Positions 1-9,691 of a stretch of 64,000 nucleotides of DNA are shown one piece after another. The translations under genes and the position numbers were made by a program. The DNA comes from Bacilli bacterium. GTDB taxonomy: Bacteria > Bacillota_I > Bacilli_A > RF39 > UBA660. Location: the NCBI GenBank assembly GCA_017410525.1, contig JAFQQQ010000003.1, positions 46,209-110,208 on the forward strand. Reading direction: 5' to 3'. Under the pieces are notes generated by a model. The model was not told where the DNA came from, made no database searches, and worked only from the letters and a program-made list of their open reading frames with translations. How positions within the stretch are numbered: the first letter of the stretch is position 1; every line of letters begins with the position of its first letter.

Positions 1-40
1 GTTAAAATATTGTTGTATTCATAGGAAAGAGCGTGATAGT

Positions 41-286
41 ATGGATGATACAAAAATTTATGATTCAAATGAATTTCAAAATGAGTATGTATCTACAGTG
101 GTTAAAGAAGTTGCTGAAATACTTGAAGAAAGAGGATACAATCCAACAAATCAAATAGTGGGTTATTTAATGAGTGGAGATCCAGGATATATTTCTAGTC
201 ATAAAGAGGCAAGAAATAAAATAACTTTATTTGATAGAACTAAAATATTAGAAATACTTGTAGAAGACTTTTTAAATAAAAAATGA
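41..286 (+). CDS. UPF0297/IreB-family small regulatory phosphoprotein (YrzL-like)
   Basis: 81-aa ORF with the conserved motif GYLMSGDPGYISSH. Lies in the classic Firmicutes yrzL-ruvX-yrzB-mltG order. Confidence 0.8.
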   Translation: MDDTKIYDSNEFQNEYVSTVVKEVAEILEERGYNPTNQIVGYLMSGDPGYISSHKEARNKITLFDRTKILEILVEDFLNKK

Positions 287-711
287 GATATTTAGGTTTA
301 GATCTTGGAACACGTACTCTTGGCATTTCTATAAGTGATACTACTAAGACTATTGCAAGCGCCTTAAAAACAATAAGATTTAATGATAGTGAATATGATT
401 CTCTAATACCTGAATTAAAAAATATTATAGAAGAATATCAAATATCAAAAATTGTTTTAGGTCTTCCAAAAAATATGAATAATACAATGGGAGAAAGATG
501 CGAAACGACTATTAACTTTCAAAAAAAACTAATAGATATATTTAATATTGAAGTGGTTTTACAAGATGAAAGGTTAACAACCGTACAAGCAACAAATTAT
601 ATGTTAGAGGCAGATATATCTAGAAAAAAAAGAAAGAGAAAAATAGATAGTTTAGCTGCTAATATTATTCTTCAAACATATTTAGATAGAGAAAAAGGAG
701 GCAAATTATGA
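283..711 (+). CDS. ruvX: Holliday-junction resolvase-like nuclease RuvX (YqgF)
   Basis: N-terminal MRYLGLDLGTRTLGISISD matches the YqgF/RuvX signature. 142 aa. Conserved synteny. Confidence 0.85.
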   Translation: MRYLGLDLGTRTLGISISDTTKTIASALKTIRFNDSEYDSLIPELKNIIEEYQISKIVLGLPKNMNNTMGERCETTINFQKKLIDIFNIEVVLQDERLTTVQATNYMLEADISRKKRKRKIDSLAANIILQTYLDREKGGKL

Positions 712-992
712 GAGAAGAAACAATGACTTTTAAAGTAATTAACGATGAAGGAAAAGAAATAGAATGTGAAGTTTTATTTACATTTGAATCAGATGAAACT
801 AAGAAAAATTATATAGTTTATACTGACAATACTGTAGATGAAGAGGGAAATACTAAAGTATATGCTTCAATTTACAATCCAGATCAAGATGAAACTAAAT
901 TACTTCCAATTGAAACTGATAAAGAATGGAAAATAATTGAAACTATTTTAGAAGAATTACAAAACGAAACTGCTAACAATACAGAAGAGTAA
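708..992 (+). CDS. DUF1292 (UPF0473, YrzB-like) protein
   Basis: 94-aa acidic protein immediately downstream of ruvX, as in B. subtilis yrzB. Confidence 0.7.
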   Translation: MREETMTFKVINDEGKEIECEVLFTFESDETKKNYIVYTDNTVDEEGNTKVYASIYNPDQDETKLLPIETDKEWKIIETILEELQNETANNTEE

Positions 993-1008
993 TTTACTCT
1001 TTTCTTTT

Positions 1009-2091
1009 ATGAAAAAAACAATTTTAATAATAGCAAGTCTAATATTAGGCATAGTTGCTTCTATAATATTAGTTTGTATAGTATTTTATAATGTTAATTT
1101 AAAAGCAGTTAGTGATGAATCTACAGAAGTAGAATTTATGGTAGATAGCGGAAGTACATATTATAGTGTTATTTCTAAATTAAAAAGCGAAGGTTTAATT
1201 AGAAATGAATTGGTTTTTAAACTTTATATTAAGTTTAATAAAGTAAATGATATACAAGCAGGGACTTATAAATTAAATAAAAATATGAGTGTTTTTGATA
1301 TTGTAGAGGTATTCTCTAAAGGAAATACTTATAATCCGGATGCTATAGTAATAACTTTTAAAGAAGGTAAACATATGAGAAGTATTGCTAGTACAATTGC
1401 TCTATATACAACTAATACTGAAGATACGGTATATAATTTACTTAAAGACAAAAACTATTTAAATAGTCTTATAAATGAATATTGGTTTATAGATGAATCT
1501 ATATTAAATAATAATTTATATTATTCATTAGAGGGTTATTTATATCCAAATACATACGAGTTTAAAAATAAAGATGTAAGTGTGAAAGAAATATTTGGAA
1601 CAATGTTAGATGAAATGGATAAACAATTAAATCCTTATAAAACAGATATATTAAGTAATAAATATTCAATACATGAGTTACTTACTTTAGCGAGCGTAGT
1701 AGAACTAGAAGGCGCTAGTAGTGATGATAGAGAAGGTATTGCTGGAGTGTTTTATAATAGATTAAAAAAAGGTGATCCATTAGGTAGTGATGTTACAACT
1801 TATTACGCAGAAAAAATAGAAATGAGTGATAGAGATTTATATACTTCTGAAATAAATGAAGCGAATAACTATAATACTCGAAGTTATCATTTAGCCGGCA
1901 AATTACCTATAGGTCCTATTTGTAATCCAAGCATAAAATCTATAAAAGCAACCCTTTATCCAAAAAAACATGATTATTATTATTTTGTTGCTGACATAAA
2001 TAAAAAGACTTATTTTTCTAAAACATATCAAGAACACCTTTCAACTAGAGATGATTTAATAGAGGCTGGATTATGGTACATGTACGATTAG
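1009..2091 (+). CDS. mltG: endolytic murein transglycosylase MltG (YceG-like)
   Basis: N-terminal TM anchor. YceG-family hallmark GYLYPNTYEF. 360 aa. Conserved position after DUF1292. Confidence 0.85.
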   Translation: MKKTILIIASLILGIVASIILVCIVFYNVNLKAVSDESTEVEFMVDSGSTYYSVISKLKSEGLIRNELVFKLYIKFNKVNDIQAGTYKLNKNMSVFDIVEVFSKGNTYNPDAIVITFKEGKHMRSIASTIALYTTNTEDTVYNLLKDKNYLNSLINEYWFIDESILNNNLYYSLEGYLYPNTYEFKNKDVSVKEIFGTMLDEMDKQLNPYKTDILSNKYSIHELLTLASVVELEGASSDDREGIAGVFYNRLKKGDPLGSDVTTYYAEKIEMSDRDLYTSEINEANNYNTRSYHLAGKLPIGPICNPSIKSIKATLYPKKHDYYYFVADINKKTYFSKTYQEHLSTRDDLIEAGLWYMYD

Positions 2092-2660
2092 AAGAATTAG
2101 AAAAGTATGCAGAGGAAAACAATGTTCCTATAATGCAAAAAGATGGAATAGATTTTTTAACTAATTATATTAAAGAAAATAATATAAAAAGCATATTAGA
2201 AATAGGGAGTGCAATAGGATATTCTGCTATAAAGATGACTTTAGTAGATAGTGATATTAAGGTTACTACTATAGAAAGAGATGTTAATAGATATAATATT
2301 GCAGTTAAAAATATTCATGATTTTAATTTAAGTGATAGAATTAATATTATCAATGTAGATGCTCTAGAAATTGATTTAAATGATAAATATGATTTAATAT
2401 TCATAGATGCTGCTAAAAGCCAATATATTAGGTTTTTTGAGAAGTTTGAAAAAAACTTAAATACTAATGGAGTTATTGTTAGTGATAATTTATCCTTCCA
2501 TGGATTTGTAGAAGATGATAGTAAAACTAATAATAGAAATACAAAACAATTAGTAAAAAAGATAAGAAAATATATTGATTATTTAAAAGAAAAGCCTAAC
2601 TATAAGACAATATTTTATAAAATGGGAGATGGAGTAGCAATTTCAATTAAATTAGACTAA
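2073..2660 (+). CDS. class I SAM-dependent O-methyltransferase (YrrM-like)
   Basis: 195 aa with a SAM-binding motif LEIGSAIGYSA. Conserved neighbour of mltG. Confidence 0.75.
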   Translation: MVHVRLEELEKYAEENNVPIMQKDGIDFLTNYIKENNIKSILEIGSAIGYSAIKMTLVDSDIKVTTIERDVNRYNIAVKNIHDFNLSDRINIINVDALEIDLNDKYDLIFIDAAKSQYIRFFEKFEKNLNTNGVIVSDNLSFHGFVEDDSKTNNRNTKQLVKKIRKYIDYLKEKPNYKTIFYKMGDGVAISIKLD

Positions 2661-2711
2661 AGATAGATTTTTCTATCTTTTTTTAGTATAATTGTTGTTG
2701 GAAGTGATTAC

Positions 2712-3983
2712 ATGAAGTTTTATATTTATACATTAGGATGTAAAGTTAATACGTATGAATCTAATGTAATGAAAGATAAATTGATAAATAATGGTTATAT
2801 TGAAGGTAATGATAATGATTCTGACATATATATAATAAATACTTGTACTGTTACTAATACTAGTGATAATAAATCATTAAAAATAGTTAGAAGAGTATTA
2901 AAAAATAATCTTAATTCTATAGTAGTTGTAGTAGGCTGTATGACTCAAGTTAATTCTGAAATATTAAAAAATTTAGACGTATCAATAATACTTGGTAATA
3001 GTGGGAAAAGTAGAATTGTTGAATATATTGAAGAATTTAAAAAAACAAAACAAAAAATAGTTGATGTTCAAGATATTATGGAAAAAGATTTTGAAGATAT
3101 GTGTTTAAATAATTTTAATAAAACTAGAGCATTTGTCAAAATAGAGGATGGTTGTGAGAATTTTTGTAGTTACTGTGTAATTCCTTTTGCTAGGGGTAAA
3201 GTTAGAAGTAAGAAACCTGAAGTAGTTATAAATGAAATAAAAAGTTTAATAAAAGATGGTCATAAAGAAATAGTATTAACTGGCATTCATACAGGACACT
3301 ATGGAAGTGATTTAGAAGGATATAGTTTTTCTAAATTACTTAAAGAAATAGAAAAGATAGAAGGCTTGGAAAGACTTAGAATATCCAGTATTGAAATAAC
3401 TGAGTTAGATGATGAGTTTATGTGTGTATTAAAGAACAGTAAAATACTTGTTGATCACATGCATATACCACTTCAATCTGGTAGCAACAAAATATTAAAT
3501 CTTATGAATAGAAAATACAATAAACAATATTTTATTGAAAGAATAGAAAAAATAAGGAGTGTAAGACCTGATATTTCAATAACTACTGATTTAATAGTGG
3601 GATTTCCTGGAGAGACAGAAGAATTATTTAATGAAACTATTGAAACTATAAGCAGAATTAAGTTTTCTAAAATACATGTATTTCCTTTCTCACTTAGAAA
3701 AGGTACTAAAGCAGCAAAATTATCTAATCATATAGATGATGTTACTAAAAAGGAAAGAGTTAAGGAAGTGCTAAATATAAGTGAAGACTTAGAAAAAGAA
3801 TATTTTAATAAATTTATAACTAAAGAAGTTGAGTTTTTACCTGAAATATATAAAGAAGGCTATATAATTGGCCATACAGGGAATTATTTATTAGTTAAAA
3901 CAAAAGGTAGTATAGATGATTTAAATGAAATAAAAAAAATTAAAATAGAAAAAGTAGAATATCCATATTGTATAGGAGAGTAG
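2712..3983 (+). CDS. mtaB: radical-SAM tRNA methylthiotransferase, MiaB/MtaB family
   Basis: MTTase N-domain (YIYTLGCKVN). Radical-SAM CxxxCxxC (CENFCSYC). C-terminal TRAM-like region. 423 aa. Confidence 0.75.
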   Translation: MKFYIYTLGCKVNTYESNVMKDKLINNGYIEGNDNDSDIYIINTCTVTNTSDNKSLKIVRRVLKNNLNSIVVVVGCMTQVNSEILKNLDVSIILGNSGKSRIVEYIEEFKKTKQKIVDVQDIMEKDFEDMCLNNFNKTRAFVKIEDGCENFCSYCVIPFARGKVRSKKPEVVINEIKSLIKDGHKEIVLTGIHTGHYGSDLEGYSFSKLLKEIEKIEGLERLRISSIEITELDDEFMCVLKNSKILVDHMHIPLQSGSNKILNLMNRKYNKQYFIERIEKIRSVRPDISITTDLIVGFPGETEELFNETIETISRIKFSKIHVFPFSLRKGTKAAKLSNHIDDVTKKERVKEVLNISEDLEKEYFNKFITKEVEFLPEIYKEGYIIGHTGNYLLVKTKGSIDDLNEIKKIKIEKVEYPYCIGE

Positions 3984-4008
3984 AAAAATTAAATTTTTTC
4001 TACTTTTT
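3979..4008 (+). terminator. intrinsic terminator after mtaB
   Basis: Hairpin GTAGAAAAATTAAATTTTTTCTAC followed by a T-run. Confidence 0.6.
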
Positions 4009-4010
4009 TA

Positions 4011-4259
4011 TGAAAAAAAGAAAATCTTATATATGAAATAATAGGTAAACAAGTTATGTTGGATAGTGATTTAGCTAAACTTTATGGGTGTAAAAGCGTA
4101 ACTAAAGTTATTAACCAGTCTGTTAAAAGAAATATAGAGAGATTTCCACAAGACTTTTGTTTTCAATTAGCAGAAGAAGAATATAAAAAGATTCTAAGGT
4201 CACAAATTGTGACCTTAGAATTAGAACAAGGCAAACATAGAAAATATAGACAGTTTTAA
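4011..4259 (+). pseudogene. remnant of ORF6N-domain (phage anti-repressor-type) gene
   Basis: Translation KKENLIYEIIGKQVMLDSDLAKLYG..VKRNIERFPQDFCFQL matches the ORF6N N-terminal domain. The natural ATG at 4009 is out of frame across an A7 run. The protein is cut short after ..GKHRKYRQF and lacks the C-terminal half. Confidence 0.5.
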
Positions 4260-4316
4260 TAGAATAATAGATGTAATAGAAAATAAGGATAAACATAAAC
4301 TTTAATAGGTGGTATA

Positions 4317-4703
4317 GTGAAAAAAGAAGAATTTAAAGAGTTTGTAAAAAATAATCCTAAACTTATAAAATATGTAAAAAACAATGAGATGACATGGCAA
4401 AAATTTTATGAAATGTATGATTTATACGGAAGTGAAGAAAGTGTTTGGAAAGACTATATTGGGGAAACAAAAACAGAAAAAAAAGAGATAGAAAAAACTT
4501 CAAAAGCAGGTATTTCTGGGCTTACCTTAAGTGAAGTAGTAAAATGGTTTAAGAATGTGGACCTAGATGGAATACAAGAAGGAATAGGCAATGTACAAAG
4601 AGTATTAGGCGTAGTCCAAGACTTTTCTAAGAAAGAATCTAGTAGTGAACCTACAAAATCAACATACAAACCAAGGCCATTATACAAACATTTTGAGGAT
4701 TAA
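4317..4703 (+). CDS. YlbD-like protein
   Basis: Motif NPKLIKYVKNNEMTWQKFYEMYDLYGSEE resembles B. subtilis YlbD. Position upstream of rsmD (ylbH) is conserved. GTG start with RBS AGGTGG. Confidence 0.5.
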   Translation: MKKEEFKEFVKNNPKLIKYVKNNEMTWQKFYEMYDLYGSEESVWKDYIGETKTEKKEIEKTSKAGISGLTLSEVVKWFKNVDLDGIQEGIGNVQRVLGVVQDFSKKESSSEPTKSTYKPRPLYKHFED

Positions 4704-4927
4704 TGACTTTAGATTTACAGTTTAAATTAAAAAGTAATCCTTTGTTTATAAAATATCTTCATGAAAACTCTCGTTGGTATAAAGTATTAAATAGAGACCC
4801 AGATATGTTTAACGTATTTATAGAGGAAATGAAAACAAATTATAAATTGAGAACTAGTGATAAACTTAATAAAGCGCTTTCAACATTTGAAATGGTAAGT
4901 GCGATTATTTCTTCTTTAAATTCATAA
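4703..4927 (+). CDS. YlbE-like protein
   Basis: LQFKLKSNPLFIKYLHENSRWYKVLNRDPDMF resembles the YlbE family. Conserved ylbD-ylbE-ylbH order. Confidence 0.5.
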   Translation: MTLDLQFKLKSNPLFIKYLHENSRWYKVLNRDPDMFNVFIEEMKTNYKLRTSDKLNKALSTFEMVSAIISSLNS

Positions 4928-4955
4928 ATTATGTTATAATAATATTGGTGATTAC

Positions 4956-5489
4956 ATGAGAGTTATAAGTGGTAAATATAAAGGTAAAAATTTAATTGGA
5001 TTTGATATAGATGGTACTAGGCCTACAATGGATAGAGTTAAAGAATCCTTGTTTGGAATAATACAAAACGATGTAAAAAATAGTATAGTATTAGATTTAT
5101 TTGCTGGTAGTGGGTCATTAGGTATAGAAGCTATAAGTAATGGAGCGAGTGAAGTATATTTTGTTGACAATAATATAGAACTAATAAATATAATAAAAAA
5201 GAATACGAGTGGTATGAATGAAAATATTCATATTATGAAGAGTGACTATAAAGATGCTTTAGAACTTATAAAAAATAGTAATATTAAGTTTGATATAATA
5301 TTTTTAGATCCTCCATATAAATTAAATCTAATAAATGATATTTTAGAAAAAATAGTTGAATATAACTTATTAAAAGAAAATGGTATAGTTGTTTGTGAAT
5401 ATGAAAATGAGAATATAGAAAATAACAAATTAAAACTAATTAAAGATAAGAAATATGGTAGTAAAAAAATAAAAATATTTACATTGTAA
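4956..5489 (+). CDS. rsmD: 16S rRNA (guanine966-N2)-methyltransferase RsmD
   Basis: Motifs LDLFAGSGSLGIEA and DPPY. 177 aa. Confidence 0.85.
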   Translation: MRVISGKYKGKNLIGFDIDGTRPTMDRVKESLFGIIQNDVKNSIVLDLFAGSGSLGIEAISNGASEVYFVDNNIELINIIKKNTSGMNENIHIMKSDYKDALELIKNSNIKFDIIFLDPPYKLNLINDILEKIVEYNLLKENGIVVCEYENENIENNKLKLIKDKKYGSKKIKIFTL

Positions 5490-5567
5490 AGTTTTGGTAA
5501 ATTATATAGGTAGGGTGTACAAACTTACCTTTTTTTGATATAATGTAATTTGAAGGTAGGTGGTATA

Positions 5568-7637
5568 ATGAAGAGAACATATAAATATATATTTATGTTA
5601 ATTTTTGTTATATCATCGTTTTTATTTATAAATAATGTAGAGGCCGATTATGAAGCTATAGTAGTAAATCCTAGTGGTAGTAAGTGCGAATTATATTCAA
5701 AGGCTACGGGAAAATGTTTTTATAGAAATGAAAATGTAAATTCATATGTATCGGGTGTTGTATGGTTTGATACAGGTGATAAGGTTACTGTGGTTGAAAA
5801 TAAAAAAACAGTAGCTACAAAAAATACTAGTTATTGTAAGGATTATTATGTATATGTTAAATATGTATTTCCGCAAAACAACAATACATATTATGGATAT
5901 TTTTGTAATGATGCTTTAGTGAATCCAAATACAGCTTTAACAGAAGAATTAAAAATAGAATTTAAAAATGCTGGTTTTCCAAGTAGTTATTGGAAGAGTT
6001 TAGCTGTAATGAAAAGCGCTCACCCAAATTGGAGTTTTGAAGCAATAGATACAAATCTTGATTGGAATTATGCAGTAAATGCTGAAAGTAGTGTTGGTTT
6101 AAGTTTTATACAAGGAGATCAGGGTTATAGATCAACTCTTGGGGGTTCATATAATTACTACACAGATACTTTTACAGTGATGGAGGGTAGTGACTGGTAT
6201 GCCGCAAATAAAGAAACAGTTGCGCATTATATGGATCCTAGAAATTTTTTAAATGATATGTATATATTTCAATTTGAATCATTACAATCTGATCCAAATG
6301 TTCAAACATTAGATGGAGTTAAAGGAATACTTGGAGATAATTTCTTAAAAGATTATGCGAATGACTTTATGAATGCAGCAACACAAAGTGGTGTTAGTAG
6401 TGTTTATCTATCTGCACTTGCTTTACAAGAAGTAGGTGGTGGTAGTGTTGCTGTTAATGGACAAGGTTTTACATATAGTACATATAATAAAAAATATCCT
6501 TCATTAAAAGGACAATGGATAAATGGTGGTTTTTATAATGTATATAATATAGGTGCTGGAACAGATTCATCTCCTGCACAAAATAGTGTAGTTTATGCAA
6601 TGGGTGGAGCAGATGGAACTGAAACTTCGTTTGATAGACCTTGGGATTCTATACCAAAAGCTATAATAGGAGGAGCTAAATTTATTGGAGATAAATACGT
6701 TGAAAAAGGTCAATATAGTAGTTATTTAAAAAAGTTTAATGTAGTTTCTACTTATTGGGATTTATTTTCTCACCAATATCAAACTGCAATAATCGCACCT
6801 TCTTCTGAATCTAAAAAAGTATTTAAATCTTATTATAATATGGGAATATTAGATTCTAGTTTTGTATTTTCTATTCCTGTTTATGATAATATGCCAAAAA
6901 ATGCTTGTGCACTTCCAAATCAAGGGAATCCAAATAATTATTTAAATTCTATCAAAATAAATAATACAAGTATAGATGGATTTGATGGTGGTAAAACTGA
7001 ATATACATATCATGTTTCATATGATGTTAAAGTAGCGGATATAACTGCTTCTACAGTTAATTCAAATGCTACTATTAAAAATACTGGTAAAAAAGATTTA
7101 GTAGTTGGTGATAATAAATTTGAAATAGAAGTAATCGCACAAAATGGTGCTAAAAAAACATATAATTTAAATATAGTTAGAAATAAAAATACATCTGGAG
7201 AACCTACAGTAGATGAAATAGTTAGTAATAGTGGGGTTAAATCAGATGGAACTTATTTTAGTGGTTTTGAAATAGATACTAATTCTCAAACTTTAGTAGA
7301 TAAAATAAAATCATTAAACCCAGATGCAGTCGTTAAAATAACTGATGTAAATGGATCTGTTAAAACTAATAAATCTTTAGCAACTGGAGATAAAATAAGT
7401 ATTACAAGTGCTGGAGAAGAAAAATCTTATTCAATAATTATACGTGGTGATACAAGCGGTAATGGTAAAATAGATGCACTAGATTTACTTAGAGTACAAA
7501 AACATATATTAGATGTTAATGATTTATCAGGAGTATATTTTAAAGCTGGGGATGCTAATAATGATGGTAAAATAAATCCATTAGATTTACTTATAATACA
7601 AAAACATATATTAGGTGTTAGTGGTATTAAACAATAG
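5568..7637 (+). CDS. secreted GH73-type N-acetylglucosaminidase with cadherin-like beta-sandwich and C-terminal type-I dockerin
   Basis: Signal peptide. Glucosaminidase motifs HYMDPRNFLNDMYIFQFESL and SSVYLSALALQEVGGGS. Cadherin-like repeat. Duplicated dockerin Ca-binding segments GDTSGNGKIDALDLL and GDANNDGKINPLDLL. True start is the ATG at 5568 after RBS AGGTGG; the listed 5550 start is TTG. Confidence 0.75.
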   Translation: MKRTYKYIFMLIFVISSFLFINNVEADYEAIVVNPSGSKCELYSKATGKCFYRNENVNSYVSGVVWFDTGDKVTVVENKKTVATKNTSYCKDYYVYVKYVFPQNNNTYYGYFCNDALVNPNTALTEELKIEFKNAGFPSSYWKSLAVMKSAHPNWSFEAIDTNLDWNYAVNAESSVGLSFIQGDQGYRSTLGGSYNYYTDTFTVMEGSDWYAANKETVAHYMDPRNFLNDMYIFQFESLQSDPNVQTLDGVKGILGDNFLKDYANDFMNAATQSGVSSVYLSALALQEVGGGSVAVNGQGFTYSTYNKKYPSLKGQWINGGFYNVYNIGAGTDSSPAQNSVVYAMGGADGTETSFDRPWDSIPKAIIGGAKFIGDKYVEKGQYSSYLKKFNVVSTYWDLFSHQYQTAIIAPSSESKKVFKSYYNMGILDSSFVFSIPVYDNMPKNACALPNQGNPNNYLNSIKINNTSIDGFDGGKTEYTYHVSYDVKVADITASTVNSNATIKNTGKKDLVVGDNKFEIEVIAQNGAKKTYNLNIVRNKNTSGEPTVDEIVSNSGVKSDGTYFSGFEIDTNSQTLVDKIKSLNPDAVVKITDVNGSVKTNKSLATGDKISITSAGEEKSYSIIIRGDTSGNGKIDALDLLRVQKHILDVNDLSGVYFKAGDANNDGKINPLDLLIIQKHILGVSGIKQ

Positions 7638-7645
7638 GAGGTAGT

Positions 7646-8950
7646 ATGAAAAAATATATTAAAATATTTAGTTTAGTAATTACACTTTTCTTATCAATAT
7701 TTCTTTTAAATACAAGTATTAAAGCAGCAAGTGCAACGATAAGTGTTAAAAGTAATAATAGTGTAGTAGTAGGTAATACGGTAAAAGTAACAGTAACACT
7801 TTCTTCTTCATCTAGTTTGGGTTCTTGGGACTTTTCAATAGGTTATGACACATCGCTTTTAAGACTTACATCTTCAACTGCTGAAAGTGGTCAAAGATCA
7901 GTAGGATATGTAAGTGGAAAAGGACAAACTTCAAAAACTTATACATTTAACTTTAAAGCACTTAAAAGTGGTACTGCAAAAGTTTATGTAAATAATGCTG
8001 AAGTATATGCATTTGATGAATCCTTGATGAGCGTAAGTAAAGGTAGTAAATCTATAAGTATAAAAACTCAAGCTGAAATAGAAGCATCTTATTCTAAAAA
8101 TAATTATTTAAAGAGTTTGTCTGTAGATGGATGTGAATTGAGTCCATCATTTGATAAAGAAACATCAGAATATACAGTTGAACTTGATAGTACAGTTGAA
8201 TCTATTAAGGTAAATGCCTCAGTAGAAGATAGTACAGCTAGTTTAATTGGTGGTGGTGAAGTTTCTGTTGTTGAAGGAAGTAACTCTATAGAATTAGTGG
8301 TAACTGCTCAAAACGGGAACACTAGAACTTATAAAATAATTGCAAATGTAAAAGAAGTTAATCCGATAAACGTAGAAGTTGATAATAAAAAATATACTGT
8401 TGTTAAAAGAAAATCTGCTTTATCTGCCCCTGATAATTTTAAGGAAACTACAGTAGTTATAAACAATGAAGAAATACCTGCGTTCTATAATGAAATAACT
8501 GATTATACAGTTGTTGGTTTAAAAGATGAAAAAGGTATAGTAGAATTATTTATATATGATTTAGATAGTGGTAAATATACTAAATATCAAGAATTAAACT
8601 TTAATAGTAATAAAATATTCTTGTTGGATGCTGTGAATATTCCAAACGGGTTAAAAGAAACTACAATAAAAATAAATGAAAAAGAAATAAAAGCATATAA
8701 ATTTGATGACAATAGTATTTATTATATAGTTTATGGTATTAACTTAAATACAGGCAATAAAGATTTCTATATGTATGATTCTGAAGAATATACAATACAA
8801 AGATATGATACAACTATGATAGACAAACTTACAAAAGAAAAAGATAGATATTTATCTATCGTACTAGTACTAAGTTGTGTATGTTTCTTAAGTATGCTAT
8901 TTTTACTTATTGAGGTAAACAAATATAATAAAATAAAGAACGAAATTTAA
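7646..8950 (+). CDS. membrane-anchored surface protein with N-terminal cohesin-like module and cadherin-like domain
   Basis: Signal peptide. N-terminal ~110 aa have the cohesin-like pattern (VVVGNTVKVTVTL...WDFSIGYDTSLLRL). A cadherin-like beta-sandwich repeat follows. One TM helix near the C-terminus. Confidence 0.5.
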   Translation: MKKYIKIFSLVITLFLSIFLLNTSIKAASATISVKSNNSVVVGNTVKVTVTLSSSSSLGSWDFSIGYDTSLLRLTSSTAESGQRSVGYVSGKGQTSKTYTFNFKALKSGTAKVYVNNAEVYAFDESLMSVSKGSKSISIKTQAEIEASYSKNNYLKSLSVDGCELSPSFDKETSEYTVELDSTVESIKVNASVEDSTASLIGGGEVSVVEGSNSIELVVTAQNGNTRTYKIIANVKEVNPINVEVDNKKYTVVKRKSALSAPDNFKETTVVINNEEIPAFYNEITDYTVVGLKDEKGIVELFIYDLDSGKYTKYQELNFNSNKIFLLDAVNIPNGLKETTIKINEKEIKAYKFDDNSIYYIVYGINLNTGNKDFYMYDSEEYTIQRYDTTMIDKLTKEKDRYLSIVLVLSCVCFLSMLFLLIEVNKYNKIKNEI

Positions 8951-8959
8951 TTCGTTCTT

Positions 8960-9553
8960 TTAATTTAAAATTGTATAAGCATTAAATGCAATAAAACCTA
9001 AAATTGCTAGTATATTAAGCACCTTAAAAAATTTACTAGCTCCTTTGTTAGTGACAACTGAAAGTCCAAATAAGAAAACTAATAAAACTATAATACCACC
9101 CGTAATTAAATAATTAGATTCGCTATCTTGATAATTTGTAAATATTAATAAATAAATATAATAACCAATACAAAATAGGTTAGTAATGCCAATTAAATTT
9201 AATAAAGTAACACCGTTTTTCTTTTTTGTGCTATTTTCTTTTTTAGTTTCTTCAAAATTAAATTTCATTTGTCTAGTAAGTTCTAGTATTTGGGTTTTGC
9301 TTAATTCTTCATCTTTATTTATTTCTTTTTTATATTCTTTTTTTACTTTCTCTAAATCTATAGTTAAATCTTTTGTACTTTTTTTTCTTTCTTCAACCAT
9401 ATCTTCAATATCATTGTTATTAGACTTGAGAAAATCTTCCTTTTCTATTTTTCTAGCTTTTCTTTCACTTCTTGACATTAAATCTGTGAATGTAGAAGTT
9501 TTGTCTAAATCGTTTTCCTTAATGTCTGATAAATCTAATCTTTTCTTTACCAT
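8960..9553 (-). CDS. hypothetical membrane protein (charged N-terminus, 2 C-terminal TM helices)
   Basis: Minus-strand ORF. Second ATG has a GGTGA RBS. No recognisable family. Confidence 0.4.
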   Translation of the reverse strand: MVKKRLDLSDIKENDLDKTSTFTDLMSRSERKARKIEKEDFLKSNNNDIEDMVEERKKSTKDLTIDLEKVKKEYKKEINKDEELSKTQILELTRQMKFNFEETKKENSTKKKNGVTLLNLIGITNLFCIGYYIYLLIFTNYQDSESNYLITGGIIVLLVFLFGLSVVTNKGASKFFKVLNILAILGFIAFNAYTILN

Positions 9554-9691
9554 AATTATCACCATAATAATTATAACTTAAATGTTAAAAAAAATAAAGT
9601 TCTATTTACAAATCTCGACAGTTTTTTTAAAAATGTCTGTAAAACCTTTATAATTACATATAATTGTGTTATAATTAAAAAGGTGATACAA

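Noticed and set aside
4454-4687. Short minus-strand ORFs embedded antisense in confident + strand genes (for example 4454-4687, 4952-5170, 5246-5428, 11005-11223, 14133-14360, 19228-19428, 19887-20324, 22812-23081, 30114-30311, 31629-31910, 35339-35620, 36237-36638, 37285-37485, 37821-38012, 41284-41526, 41892-42086, 44755-45183, 45349-45774, 46501-46737, 47993-48322, 51253-51459, 57541-57837)
   Set aside because: Low-complexity, stop-poor antisense frames expected by chance in 26% GC DNA. They have no RBS and overlap well-supported genes.
4317-4927. Interpreting the two small ORFs after the ORF6N fragment as prophage cargo
   Set aside because: Their sequences resemble YlbD and YlbE, the conserved Firmicutes genes that normally precede rsmD (ylbH). 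Only the ORF6N piece looks foreign.
5550-5567. Listed upstream TTG/GTG starts (5550, 9683, 12306, 15276, 28470, 40007, 44630, 46316, 55905)
   Set aside because: In each case a downstream ATG with a properly spaced AGGTGA/GGAGG RBS gives a more conventional N-terminus. The upstream codons overlap promoters or the preceding gene.
9186-9581. 131-aa + strand ORF antisense to the 8960-9553 membrane protein gene
   Set aside because: Serine/leucine/phenylalanine low-complexity translation of the T-rich antisense strand. No RBS.
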